A stretch of 64,000 bases of DNA. Origin: Polyangiaceae bacterium. Lineage in GTDB: Bacteria; Desulfobacterota; Binatia; UTPRO1. Location of the stretch: positions 5,205 through 69,204 of the forward strand of contig JANNPN010000214.1 of NCBI GenBank assembly GCA_031400185.1, in the 5' to 3' direction. A program made the translations under genes and the position numbers. Position 1 is the stretch's first letter, and each line of letters begins with the position of its first letter. Under the pieces are notes generated by a model. The model searched no databases. It saw only the letters and a list, made by a program, of their open reading frames with translations, and was not told the origin of the DNA. Below, one piece after another: positions 31,696 to 41,515 of the stretch.

Positions 31696-33152
31696 GGCTG
31701 ACGACGCGCGATCTCGACGATGGCCTTCCATCGGGCCGTTCGTTCCGCGCGTTCGTCGGCGCTCCAACACGGCTCGAAGACCCGCTCGCGTCGCCAGGTC
31801 TTTCCCACCTCCGCCGTGTCCTTCCAGAAGCCCGTGGCGAGACCCGCGAGATACGCGGCCCCAAGACAGGCCGCGTCGAACACCACAGGCCGCTCGATCG
31901 GGACGCCGCTCACATTCGCCTGATATTGCATGAGGAAATCGTTGCGGGCGGCGCCGCCGTCCACGCGTACGACGTCAAGATCCGTGTCCGGAGCGTCGGC
32001 GCGGAGCGCATCGATCACCTCGCCGCAGCGAAACGCGATCCCCTCGAGCACGGCACGTATCACCTGGGCCCGCCCGGTCGCGCGCGACAGGCCGCCGATC
32101 ACCGCCCGGACGTTGGGGTCGAGGTACGGCGTACCGAGGCCCTGAAACGCCGGAACGCACCAAACCCCGCCGCTGTCGGGGACGCTTTCCGCGATGGCCT
32201 CCGACTCCGCGACGTCGGTGAGGATTCCGAGTCCGTCCCGGAGCCACTGCATCGCGGCACCGACCGTGACCGCGCTGCCCTCGAGGCAGTAGGTGCGTGC
32301 ACCGTCGAGACCCCAGAGCACCAGTGGAAAACAGCCGTGCGGAGACAGGCGGATCGACGCGCCGACGTTCAGGTCCATCATTGCCGCCGTGCCGTACGTA
32401 ATCTTCATCATGCCCGGCTCGAGGCGGAGCTGACCGAACATGGCCGCCTGCTGATCACCGGCTCGCGAGGCCAACGGAATCGACGCACCGAGCAGTCGCG
32501 CGTCGGTCTCGCCCGCGACCGCGCTCGTCGACACGATGGTCGGGAAGCTCGCGAGGGGAAGGCGCAGACTCTCGAGCAACGCCTCGTCCCATCGTCCCGT
32601 GAGAAAATCGTAGACGCCGGTGCACGAGGCGTTCGAGTCGTCGGTGACGTACGAAGAGCCGCCCGAAAGTTTCCAGGTGAGCCACGCGTCGATGGTGCCG
32701 AAGCGAAGCCCCCCTGCCTCGGCGCGCGCCCGTGCGCCGGCCACGTTGTCGAGCACCCAGCCGAACTTCGACGCGGATTGGAGTGGGCTCAGGAGGTAGC
32801 CGCGCCGTCCGAGCTCGTTGCAAAGCTCGACCGTGCGGAGATCCTGCCAGCCGATCGCCGGGTACACCGGCTCGCCGGTGTCCGCATCCCACACCACTGC
32901 TGACGCGCGCTGATTGCATAGGCCGAGCGCGGCCACCGCGCTCGCCGGCACGTTCGCGCGTGCCAATGCATCGCGTGTGACTTCGAGCGTCCGCTGCCAA
33001 ACGATCGTCGCATCGTGCTCGACCCAGCTCGGGCGCGGGCACGTCAGCGGGATCTCTGAATAGGCGGTCGCGACCTCGCGTCCCTCGTGGTCGAAGACGT
33101 ACGCCCGAACGCCGCTGCCGCCCTCGTCGATCGCCAGGACGTGAGAGCTCAT
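31692..33152 (-). CDS. glpK: glycerol kinase / FGGY carbohydrate kinase
   Basis: 486 aa; LAIDEGGSGVRAYVFD N-term, FGGY N and C domains. Confidence 0.8.
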   Translation of the reverse strand: MSSHVLAIDEGGSGVRAYVFDHEGREVATAYSEIPLTCPRPSWVEHDATIVWQRTLEVTRDALARANVPASAVAALGLCNQRASAVVWDADTGEPVYPAIGWQDLRTVELCNELGRRGYLLSPLQSASKFGWVLDNVAGARARAEAGGLRFGTIDAWLTWKLSGGSSYVTDDSNASCTGVYDFLTGRWDEALLESLRLPLASFPTIVSTSAVAGETDARLLGASIPLASRAGDQQAAMFGQLRLEPGMMKITYGTAAMMDLNVGASIRLSPHGCFPLVLWGLDGARTYCLEGSAVTVGAAMQWLRDGLGILTDVAESEAIAESVPDSGGVWCVPAFQGLGTPYLDPNVRAVIGGLSRATGRAQVIRAVLEGIAFRCGEVIDALRADAPDTDLDVVRVDGGAARNDFLMQYQANVSGVPIERPVVFDAACLGAAYLAGLATGFWKDTAEVGKTWRRERVFEPCWSADERAERTARWKAIVEIARRQP

Positions 33153-34564
33153 GCGCTCGCGTCCGGCAGGAGCGCGCCGGGATTCATGATGCCCTGAGGG
33201 TCGAGCGCGCGGCGAATTGTGGTGAGCAGCGGGTACGCAGACCCGAGCTCGCGCGTGAGCCAGTCACGCCGGATGCGGCCGATGCCATGGTGATGCGAAA
33301 TCGTCCCGCCCGCAGCGAGGGTCGCCTCCATCGCCGCCCGCCAGATGGCAAAATACAAGCCCTCGAGCTCCTCCGGACGCTCCGGCCGTCCGGCGAAGGT
33401 GAAGTAGATGTTCGTGCCGGTGCCGTAGCTGTGCGAGCTGTGTCCGGAAGCGACGAGAATGCCGGGCACTGCGCGCATTCCCGCGAGGACGCCGGTGTAG
33501 AGGTCGTCGATCCGGTTCCACGTCGACGCGACCTCGATCGTGTCGACCACCATGCCTTGCTTGAGGAAGTACTCGAATCCCGGGACGGCGTTCCGGTGAT
33601 GCAGCCAGCTGTCCACCGGATCCGCGCCGACGGCGCGGCCGCTCGACGCCGCGGCGATGCGGACGCTCGCCGCGATCTCCTGCTCGACGAGCTCCGCCGG
33701 GCCTTCGGTGAGCACCAGGAGAAGACTCTCGCCGTCCTTCGCCGCTCCGGCGAACGACCGCCCGGCCTCGATCTCGTCGTAGAGGCGCAGCACCGCCGGC
33801 CGCCATCCCGCCCGCATGATCTGGCGCAGCGCCTCGAGCCCTGCCCGCATCGTCGGCAACGCGATGGCCTGCTTTCCCGTTGCCGGTGCGAGCGGATGAA
33901 TCTCGTAGGTGAGCTCGGTCAGAATTCCGGTCGTTCCTTCGGCGCCGAGAAAGAGATGCCGCACGTCCTGCCCGGTCGCCGCCCGTGGGACGGCGCGCGT
34001 ACGGACGACCTCGCCGTTTGGGAGCACTGCCTCGAAGGCCACGAGCATGTCCTCGATGTTGCCGTACTTCGTCGAGAACTGTCCGGCGGCACGCGTCGCC
34101 ACCCACCCGCCGACCGACGACAACGCGATCGACTGCGGGAAATGTCCCATCGAGTAGCCCGCCTCGTTCAGCATGGCCTCGAACTCCGAACCGAGGAGTC
34201 CCGGCTCGACCGTCGCGAGCAGCGCCACCTCGTCAACCTTCTTCAATGTGCGCATTGCCCCCATGTCGACCACGACGGAGTGCTCGGGCGCCTCGACCGC
34301 GCCGCACACGCCGGACCCCGCCCCAAACGGGACGACCGCTACGCGTTCACGGCATGCGTATTTCAGAATTGCGCTCACCTCCGCGGTGGTGGTCGGCCGA
34401 ACGACGCACGCCGGATCCGTGATCGGGCCGCCCTGCATGCTTCGCCAGACGGAGACGACCCAGCTGTCGCGGCGGGCGCGGGTGAGAGTGGCGGGGTCGT
34501 CGATCACGTGCGCCGGATCGACGATGGCGCGGAGGCCTGCTCGGATGTTCTCAGAGGTGGGCAT
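33149..34564 (-). CDS. FAD-linked oxidase (GlcD / AGPS-like FAD-binding PCMH family)
   Basis: FAD-binding domain VVPFGAGSGVCGAVE, C-terminal HHHGIG; 471 aa from internal Met; translationally coupled between glpD and glpK. Confidence 0.75.
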   Translation of the reverse strand: MPTSENIRAGLRAIVDPAHVIDDPATLTRARRDSWVVSVWRSMQGGPITDPACVVRPTTTAEVSAILKYACRERVAVVPFGAGSGVCGAVEAPEHSVVVDMGAMRTLKKVDEVALLATVEPGLLGSEFEAMLNEAGYSMGHFPQSIALSSVGGWVATRAAGQFSTKYGNIEDMLVAFEAVLPNGEVVRTRAVPRAATGQDVRHLFLGAEGTTGILTELTYEIHPLAPATGKQAIALPTMRAGLEALRQIMRAGWRPAVLRLYDEIEAGRSFAGAAKDGESLLLVLTEGPAELVEQEIAASVRIAAASSGRAVGADPVDSWLHHRNAVPGFEYFLKQGMVVDTIEVASTWNRIDDLYTGVLAGMRAVPGILVASGHSSHSYGTGTNIYFTFAGRPERPEELEGLYFAIWRAAMEATLAAGGTISHHHGIGRIRRDWLTRELGSAYPLLTTIRRALDPQGIMNPGALLPDASA

Positions 34565-36234
34565 CAGACATTCTCCTTTGGCAACGGCGGATCCGTCCGC
34601 CAGGCGAGCCGCGTGTCGCATTGACGCGTGAACGTCTCGATCTCGCGCGCGAGGCGCGTCGCGTCCCAGGCGAGCTCGCGGGCCGCGATCGCTGCGACAG
34701 CCGGCGCGGCCGCGCGCGCCGACGCCGTCGCAAAATAGGAGAGCCGGGTGCGCCGCTCCAAGATGTCGACCAAAGTGCAGGCCATCTCGTGGCGGATGGC
34801 GTACTGGACTTCGGCGACCGAGAGCGGCACGTTTGGAGCGACGACCGAGAGAGCATCCGGACCGTCAGCATTCCGCGCGAGCTCGAGCGCGTCGCTGCCG
34901 TAAGTCGCGACGAGCCGCGTCGATGTCTCCGGCGCAATGCCCGCCAACGCGGCGCGCACCGACGGCAGGGCGGCATACGCGTCGAGGTCGGCCGCCCCCT
35001 CGAGGTCGCCGCCGGGCAACGTCTCGGCGGCGCTCCGTGAGGGGCGGAGCGACTTCCCGACGCGCGGCGCTACGGTCTCGACCACGCGCTCGGCCATGCG
35101 GCGATACGCGGTCAGCTTGCCGCCCGCGATTGTCACGAGACCCATGGAGCTCACGACGATCTCGTCCTTGCGGGAAATTTCGGACGGCTTCTTTCCGGGC
35201 TCTCGGATCAGGGGGCGGACACCGGCCCACGCGCCGATCGCGCGCTCGGGCGCGATCGTGATGCCGCTGAACGTGCGCGCCAGCGCCTCCTGGAGATACA
35301 GGACGTCCTCGATCGTGATCGCGGGCTCGTCCGGCGGCCCGACGTACTCGGTGTCGGTCGTGCCGACGTAGATGTGGTCGCCGCGCGGCACCACGAACAC
35401 CGGGCGACCGTCGCTCGCGCGCATCACCACGCAGTTACGTGCCGGGAGGTCGCTCGCCCGGAACACGACGTGGATACCCTTCGTCAGCTGGAGGCTCGGC
35501 TTGTCCTCCGGGCGGTCGAGCCGGCGGATATCGTCGACCCACGGTCCGCTCGCGTTCACGACGGCGCGGGCGCGTACGTCGAAGGTCGTGTCGCTCTCTT
35601 GGTCGTGGACGGTGACGATCCGCGGCGTGCCGGCGGGGCCAAGCGCCGTGACGCGCACGTAGTTCGCGACGACGGCGCCCGCATGATGCGACGACTTGAG
35701 CGTGTCTAAAACGAGGCGCGCATCGTCGGTCTGGTACTCGGGGTAGAGGATCGCCCCTTGCAGACGGTCCGGTGTGAGGTAGGGCTCGGCGGTGAGCGCC
35801 TCCCTGCGGCTCAGCACGCGATGGTGCTCCTTCGCCGGGACGGCCGCGAGCTTCTCGTAGAGCGCGAGACCGACCCGCAACTTGTAGACGCCGGCACTCG
35901 TCCGGCCGTGGACCGGTAGGAACATGGGTGCCACCGCCGTGCGATGCGGCGCGATGCGCCGGAGCGACTTTCGCTCGGTCGCCGCCTCGCGGACGAGCGC
36001 GATCTCGCCTTGCTCGAGGTAGCGAAGCCCGCCGTGGATCAGCTTGGACGAGCGGCTGCTCGTGCCGGACGCGAAGTCGCGCGCCTCGACCAGCGCGACA
36101 CTCAGGCCGCGGAGCGCGGCTTCGCGTGCGACGCCCGCGCCGGTGATGCCGCCGCCGATGACCAGCACGTCGAACGTCTCGTCGGCGAGACGCTCGAGGT
36201 TGCGAGCGCGCCGTGCCGGATCAAAGCCCGACAT
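34564..36234 (-). CDS. glpD: FAD-dependent glycerol-3-phosphate dehydrogenase GlpD
   Basis: FDVLVIGGGITGAGVAREAALRG dinucleotide fold, SSRSSKLIHGGLRYL signature. Confidence 0.85.
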   Translation of the reverse strand: MSGFDPARRARNLERLADETFDVLVIGGGITGAGVAREAALRGLSVALVEARDFASGTSSRSSKLIHGGLRYLEQGEIALVREAATERKSLRRIAPHRTAVAPMFLPVHGRTSAGVYKLRVGLALYEKLAAVPAKEHHRVLSRREALTAEPYLTPDRLQGAILYPEYQTDDARLVLDTLKSSHHAGAVVANYVRVTALGPAGTPRIVTVHDQESDTTFDVRARAVVNASGPWVDDIRRLDRPEDKPSLQLTKGIHVVFRASDLPARNCVVMRASDGRPVFVVPRGDHIYVGTTDTEYVGPPDEPAITIEDVLYLQEALARTFSGITIAPERAIGAWAGVRPLIREPGKKPSEISRKDEIVVSSMGLVTIAGGKLTAYRRMAERVVETVAPRVGKSLRPSRSAAETLPGGDLEGAADLDAYAALPSVRAALAGIAPETSTRLVATYGSDALELARNADGPDALSVVAPNVPLSVAEVQYAIRHEMACTLVDILERRTRLSYFATASARAAAPAVAAIAARELAWDATRLAREIETFTRQCDTRLAWRTDPPLPKENV

Positions 36235-36285
36235 GACGCTCGGTGTAGGCGGCATCGCCGACGCGGGGTGCGCCGACGGCGAGCG

Positions 36286-36489
36286 TCAGCGCTCGACGCG
36301 GAACGAGACTTCGGCCCGAATGCGGAAGACGTCGACCTTGTCCTTGTTCATGCGAACGTCGAACTCCTTCACGCCGATGCGCGTGATGCCCCGCAACGAC
36401 TTCTGCGCCTCGGAGATCACGACCTTGATCGCATCGTCCCAACTCTTCGGTGACTCTCCAACGAGCTCGATGATCTTTACGACCGACAT
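36286..36489 (-). CDS. dodecin family flavin-binding protein
   Basis: 67 aa, MSVVKIIELVGESPKSWDDAIKVVI... matches dodecin pattern. Confidence 0.75.
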   Translation of the reverse strand: MSVVKIIELVGESPKSWDDAIKVVISEAQKSLRGITRIGVKEFDVRMNKDKVDVFRIRAEVSFRVER

Positions 36490-36537
36490 GGCACACCCCC
36501 TTCTGGTTGTGGCGGCCGACCTCGGTCGGCCGCGGCC

Positions 36538-36903
36538 TCAGTAGCCCCATTCGTCGAGATCCTCGTCGTCGATGCCGAAGAAATGCGCGAGCTCGTGCAG
36601 GACCGTAGTGCGAATTTCGTCGCGAATCTCTGCCGTCGACGTACAGGTCTCGACGATCGGGAGGTAGAAGATCGAGATTTTGTCCGGGAGCGCCGTATAT
36701 TGGTGACCGCGCTCCTCGAGCGGAATTCCTTCGTAGAGACCGAAAAGGGTGTCTTCCTCGGGATCGAGACCCGCATCGCGGATCTGCGCGTCGGTCGGCT
36801 CGTCCTCGACGACGACCTCGACGTTCTCGATACGCGACGCGAACTCAGCGGGTAGCGTTTCGAGCACCTCCGTCACGAGTCGCCGGAATTCCTTTCGAGT
36901 CAT
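36538..36903 (-). CDS. zinicin-like minimal metallopeptidase (HExxH)
   Basis: HELAHFFG zinc motif near C-term; start moved to MTRKEF. Confidence 0.55.
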   Translation of the reverse strand: MTRKEFRRLVTEVLETLPAEFASRIENVEVVVEDEPTDAQIRDAGLDPEEDTLFGLYEGIPLEERGHQYTALPDKISIFYLPIVETCTSTAEIRDEIRTTVLHELAHFFGIDDEDLDEWGY

Positions 36904-37112
36904 GACGCTCACGCCCGCGGTGGAGACGGCGCGCCGGAGAAAATGTGGTGGCACGCCACGTGGCGATTGACGGCGGGACGTTGCCACACGCGGTTTTCAT
37001 TGACAAGGACGCGGCGCGGAAGCTTGACAACCCGGGGGTCGTGGGGCAGACGATGCCGCACTCGACGTCCCACCAAAGCTTGCTCAGGGGTCCCCCCAAG
37101 GAGGTTCTCTTC

Positions 37113-38045
37113 ATGCTTCTCGACGACAAAGTTGTCGTAGTCACTGGTGCGGGTCGCGGTATCGGCCGCGAGGAAGCACTGCTCATGGCGAAGCTCGGCG
37201 CCAAGGTGGTCGTCAACGATCTGGGCGGCGGATTCGACGGCAGTGGCGCGAGCACCGGGCCGGCGCAAGACGTCGTGAACGAGATCAAGAAGGCGGGCGG
37301 CGACGCCGTCGCGAACGGCGACAGCGTCAGCGACTTCAAGGGCGCCCAGCGCATCGTCGAGTGCGCCGTCGACACGTTCGGCAAGCTGAACGCCGTCGTG
37401 AACAACGCGGGCATTCTCCGCGACCGCATGATCTTCAATATGTCCGAGGAAGACTGGGACTCGGTCATCGCGGTCCACTTGAAGGGCACCTTCGCGTGCA
37501 CGCGTCACGCGTGCGTGTACTGGCGCGAGCAGCACAAGGTCGGCAATCTCCTGAACGGTCGCATCATCAATACCGCGTCCGACTCCGGTCTCCTCGGCAA
37601 TCCGAGCCAGAGCAACTACGGCGCCGCCAAGGCGGCGATCGCGGCATTCTCCGTCATCATCGACAAGGAGATGGCCAAGTACGGCGTCACCGTGAATGCG
37701 ATTGCACCGGTCGCGCGTACCCGCCTCACGGTCGAGGCGACGCCGGCGACCGCCGCCCTCATGGGCCAGGAAGTTCCCGCAGGGCAGTTCGACGTGTTCA
37801 GCCCCGCGAACGTGGCACCCCTGGTCGCGTGGCTCGCGAGCGACGACTCCGCGGACGTGCACGGCGAGATCTTCCGTGTCGGCGGTGGCACCGTCTGGCT
37901 GATGCAGGGCTGGCATTCGGTCGGCAAGGCGAAGAAGGGCGGCGAGTGGGACGCGGCCGAGCTTGGGACGGCTCTCAAGGCCGAGCTCGCCAAGGGCGGC
38001 ACGCGCAAGGAGACGATGAACGACGTCTTCTCCGAAGGTCTCTGA
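37113..38045 (+). CDS. SDR family oxidoreductase, HSD17B4/MFE-2-like 3-hydroxyacyl-CoA dehydrogenase type
   Basis: AAGGAGG RBS; VVVVTGAGRGIGRE, VVVNDLGG...GSGA...AVANGDSV signature, YxxxK (NYGAAK). Confidence 0.85.
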   Translation: MLLDDKVVVVTGAGRGIGREEALLMAKLGAKVVVNDLGGGFDGSGASTGPAQDVVNEIKKAGGDAVANGDSVSDFKGAQRIVECAVDTFGKLNAVVNNAGILRDRMIFNMSEEDWDSVIAVHLKGTFACTRHACVYWREQHKVGNLLNGRIINTASDSGLLGNPSQSNYGAAKAAIAAFSVIIDKEMAKYGVTVNAIAPVARTRLTVEATPATAALMGQEVPAGQFDVFSPANVAPLVAWLASDDSADVHGEIFRVGGGTVWLMQGWHSVGKAKKGGEWDAAELGTALKAELAKGGTRKETMNDVFSEGL

Positions 38046-38046
38046 G

Positions 38047-38535
38047 CTGACGCACGTTCGTCGCCGCATCCTGATCGTTTGTCACGCCAACGTCAGCCGG
38101 AGCATCATCGCCGAGGCGTTGCTCAAGAAAATGTTGGCGGAACGAGGGCGCGACGACGTCGTCGTGACGTCGGGGGGCGTCGCTCCCTACGCCCGAGATA
38201 CGAGCCTGGTGTCGATGGACGCCAGGCTCGTTTTGCGTGACGACGCAATCCAGATCTCGCCCGACACCATGGCGTGCGATTTGAAACGGCACCGTGACCG
38301 ATTGCTCGAGGCCGATCTGATCGTCACGATGACGGCTGAACAGAAGCGCATGTTGGCGGATTTTCCAGAAGCAGACGGCAAGGAAGTTCTGACGCTCGGG
38401 GAGGCGGCGGGAGAGACGGCCGATGTCGAAGACCCCGCCGGACGCGACGAGGACTTCTATCGGGCGTGCCGCGATCAGATCAGACGTTGCCTCGAGAAGG
38501 CCATCGATCGGTTGGCCCCGCCCCGCGAGGCCTAG
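38047..38535 (+). CDS. low-molecular-weight phosphotyrosine/arsenate-reductase-like phosphatase (CX5R), apparent non-canonical CTG start
   Basis: ILIVCHANVSRSIIAEALL P-loop and EDPAGRDEDFY DP-loop; no ATG/GTG/TTG upstream of catalytic Cys in frame; AAGG 9 nt before CTG. Confidence 0.5.
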   Translation: MTHVRRRILIVCHANVSRSIIAEALLKKMLAERGRDDVVVTSGGVAPYARDTSLVSMDARLVLRDDAIQISPDTMACDLKRHRDRLLEADLIVTMTAEQKRMLADFPEADGKEVLTLGEAAGETADVEDPAGRDEDFYRACRDQIRRCLEKAIDRLAPPREA

Positions 38536-38538
38536 ATC

Positions 38539-38979
38539 GTGTCCACGGAGGTTGAGATGAGCCTCGGCAATCCCTCGGACGACGAGATTCGCGAGATCTT
38601 GACCACGCCGATGACGGTCGCGGTCGTCGGTTGCTCGCCCGATCCGAATCGCGACAGCCACAAGGTCGCGCGTGCGCTGCAGACGATGGGCCACAAGGTG
38701 ATCCCGGTGAACCCGCAGGCGCGCGAGATCCTGGGGCTCCGCTGCTACGGGTCGCTTCGCCACATCGAGGAACGGATCACGATGGTGGACGTCTTCAGGC
38801 GTTCGGAGCTCGTACCGGCGATCGTCGACGATACGATCGCCGTCGCGGCCGGCATCCTCTGGCTCCAGCTCGGAGTGATCCATGAAGAGGCGGCGGCGCG
38901 AGCACGCGCCGTGGGCGTCAGGGTCGTGATGGATCGCTGCCCGGCGGTCGAATACCGCCGTCTCGTATCCGCCGACTGA
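38539..38979 (+). CDS. CoA-binding domain protein (YccU-like)
   Basis: VAVVGCSPDPNRDSHKVARALQTMGHKVIPVNP Rossmann-like CoA-binding signature. Confidence 0.7.
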   Translation: MSTEVEMSLGNPSDDEIREILTTPMTVAVVGCSPDPNRDSHKVARALQTMGHKVIPVNPQAREILGLRCYGSLRHIEERITMVDVFRRSELVPAIVDDTIAVAAGILWLQLGVIHEEAAARARAVGVRVVMDRCPAVEYRRLVSAD

Positions 38980-38986
38980 GCGTCGC

Positions 38987-39544
38987 ATGCAGAAACCCCT
39001 TCACACCTGGGAGCGGCTGGCGAGCGAGATTGCGTACGCGTGCCGCATCTTCACCATTCGCCGCGACCGCTCGCGCTTCTCGCGTGACGACGCAGAGCAC
39101 GATTTCCACATCCTCGAATCGACGGATTGGGTGAACATCATTCCGATCACGGCTGCGGAAGAGGTCGTGATGGTCAGACAGTTCCGGCACGGCATCCGCG
39201 ACTGCACGCTCGAGATCCCGGGCGGCATGGTCGATGCCACCGACCTGTCGCCGCTGGTCGCGGCGCGCCGCGAGATGATCGAGGAGAGCGGCTACGATTC
39301 CGAGCGCGTGGAAGCGCTCGGCTGCATCCATCCGAACCCGGCGATCCAGAACAACCGCTGCCACTCCTTCGTCGCATACGACGTCGAGCCGAAGCACGCC
39401 ACGCACTTCGACACGACCGAGGAAACCGAGGTGGTCCTGGTACCGCTCGCGCGCGTCCCCGATCTCGTCCGCGCCGGCGACATCACCCACGCGCTCGTCG
39501 TCGTAGCGTTCCACTGGCTCGCGCTGAAGCGCGGCACCGGCTGA
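38987..39544 (+). CDS. NUDIX hydrolase
   Basis: Nudix box GGMVDATDLSPLVAARREMIEESG. Confidence 0.75.
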   Translation: MQKPLHTWERLASEIAYACRIFTIRRDRSRFSRDDAEHDFHILESTDWVNIIPITAAEEVVMVRQFRHGIRDCTLEIPGGMVDATDLSPLVAARREMIEESGYDSERVEALGCIHPNPAIQNNRCHSFVAYDVEPKHATHFDTTEETEVVLVPLARVPDLVRAGDITHALVVVAFHWLALKRGTG

Positions 39545-39552
39545 CCTGCCCG

Positions 39553-40407
39553 CTAGGATACTTTGCGGAGGGGCGTCGCTTCGTCGGCGGTCCCGACGCC
39601 GGGCAACGTCAAGGTAAACCGCGCGCCTTCACCTGGTGAGCTCTCGACCGCGACCACGCCGCCCATGAGGATCGCGAGCCGAGACGACACGGACAGCCCG
39701 ATGCCCGCGCCAGGTGCGCGGTGCTGGCGGTCGTGAGCCTGCTGGAACGGCTCGAAGATCGCGCGCTGATCGGCGATCGGGATGCCGATGCCGGTATCCG
39801 CGACGACGATGGCGACCGTTCCCTCGCCGGTCGGGCTTGCCGTCAAGACGATCGCTCCGCGCTCGGTAAACTTCACGGCATTGACGAGCAAGTTCGACAC
39901 GATCTGCTTCAGGCGGTCGGGATCGGCGCGGACGCGTCCGCAACGGTCTGCGACCTCGGCGCGAAACACGACGTCGTGGCCGGCGAGGAGCACGTCCATC
40001 ACCGCGGTCAGATCGGCGAACAGCAGGCCGAGCTCGACGTCCTCGATCTCGATACGCATTCGGCCAGCCTCGATGCGCGACAGATCGAGCAGATCGTTGA
40101 TGAGATGCGAGAGATTGCTCGCGTTCTTCGTGATGCGGTGGAGGATGTCGCGTTGCGCGGGTTCGAGCGTTCCGAAGGAGTGATCCAGGAGCAGGTCGAC
40201 GTAGCCGAGCACGACGTTCAACGGCGTTCGGAGCTCGTGGGAGACGCTGGCCAGGAACTCGTCCTTCCGAACGCAGCGCTCGTTCAGGCTCAGGTTCGTG
40301 GCGCGGAGCCCGGCGATCTCGGCGGCAAGGGAGCGCCGCCGCCGCTCGACGAGCCACACGCCCCATGCCGCTCCCACGACGGCGGCGGCGAGGATGATCT
40401 CCATCAT
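39553..40407 (-). CDS. membrane-anchored sensor histidine kinase (HisKA+HATPase_c, no sensor domain)
   Basis: 1 TM, H-box SVSHELRTPLNVVLGY, N/G boxes. Confidence 0.8.
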   Translation of the reverse strand: MMEIILAAAVVGAAWGVWLVERRRRSLAAEIAGLRATNLSLNERCVRKDEFLASVSHELRTPLNVVLGYVDLLLDHSFGTLEPAQRDILHRITKNASNLSHLINDLLDLSRIEAGRMRIEIEDVELGLLFADLTAVMDVLLAGHDVVFRAEVADRCGRVRADPDRLKQIVSNLLVNAVKFTERGAIVLTASPTGEGTVAIVVADTGIGIPIADQRAIFEPFQQAHDRQHRAPGAGIGLSVSSRLAILMGGVVAVESSPGEGARFTLTLPGVGTADEATPLRKVS

Positions 40408-40602
40408 GCGACTGGAGTCTCGGTGGTTTCGTCGCTATGCATCGAACGCGGTAACGCGGTGTGCTTCGAGCGGCACGGTGGTCGATCGTGACACGCCGTG
40501 TGCCACGCTGATGTGCCGTCCACGGCACAAACGGACGTGGACCGCTCATTTCACACGTCTATGGCGAGACCATAAGCAAGAGGCATTCCCGAGGAGGAAC
40601 GA

Positions 40603-40836
40603 GTGGCGGTCATTCGCTTGCCGGAAATCGAGGAGATCTTCACGGTGCTCGACCGTCGCGGCATCTCGCGCGAAGCCGTCGTGATCCCACTCACCAAGCG
40701 CGATCCCGGGACTGTGCGGGTGCTGCCGAACGAGAAGCTCGAGATCGTCGTGCCGGATTCGCAGACAGTCGCGGCATGGCTGCCGGTGCTCGAGCACCTG
40801 ATCGACGACGCCATGGCGGGCGAGTCGTCGACCTGA
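40603..40836 (+). CDS. hypothetical small protein (77 aa)
   Basis: GTG start with GAGGAGG RBS 6 nt upstream; divergent from histidine kinase. Confidence 0.4.
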   Translation: MAVIRLPEIEEIFTVLDRRGISREAVVIPLTKRDPGTVRVLPNEKLEIVVPDSQTVAAWLPVLEHLIDDAMAGESST

Positions 40837-40846
40837 CGGACGCGCG

Positions 40847-41452
40847 CTACTTGAGGATCAACACGGGTGTACCGAGCGGCACGATGTCGTAGAGCTCGGC
40901 CACGTGTTGGTTCATCAGCGACACGCACCCGAACGTCCAGTCGTCGCCGCGCACGTTCGAATCCTCGCGGTCGGTGCCGTGGATGCCGACCGCGCCCCCG
41001 ATGCCCGGCGCGTTGCCGTCGACGATCGGGACGCGGCCTTCGCTCAGCGCCATGGCGTAGCGGCCGCGGTCGTCGGTGTTCGGATAGCTCAGCAACATGA
41101 AGCGGCTCCAGCGCGCGTGGGAGCGCTTCGAGCTGATGCGGTACACGCCCTCCGGCGTCCGGAGATCGCCCTGGTAGACCTTCGGGCCGTACGACGCGAT
41201 GCCGAGCACGATCGGATAGACCTTCACCTGCTCGGTGCGGCGATAGACCGTGAGCGTACGCTCCTCTTTACGCACCACGACCGCGTACTCGGCGCCGTTC
41301 GTCCATCCGAACGCCGGGCTCGGTGACGGGGTCGGCGTCGGCGTCGCGACCGCTGGGGCCGGCGGCGGTTGCTTGGGAACCAGCAAGCCGCACGCTGCCA
41401 GCGTGCTGACCACCGCTACTGCCACCGCCCGCACCACCGCGTTCCAAAACAT
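40847..41452 (-). CDS. L,D-transpeptidase-domain lipoprotein (only the C-terminal 201 codons of the 571-aa ORF)
   Basis: MFWNAVVRAVAVAVVSTLAACG lipobox-like signal, Pro/Thr linker, catalytic GIHGT...WTFGCVSL. Confidence 0.7.
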   Translation of the reverse strand: MFWNAVVRAVAVAVVSTLAACGLLVPKQPPPAPAVATPTPTPSPSPAFGWTNGAEYAVVVRKEERTLTVYRRTEQVKVYPIVLGIASYGPKVYQGDLRTPEGVYRISSKRSHARWSRFMLLSYPNTDDRGRYAMALSEGRVPIVDGNAPGIGGAVGIHGTDREDSNVRGDDWTFGCVSLMNQHVAELYDIVPLGTPVLILK

Positions 41453-41515
41453 GGTCAACGCGGGCAATTTGCAATACAACCCTCGGCAGGGCAAGCCGTC
41501 CGAGCGTAGAAGCCG

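Noticed and set aside
36909-38069. 386-aa minus-strand ORF
   Set aside because: Antisense to the SDR gene, which has an RBS and clear motifs; Arg/Asp/Gly-rich.
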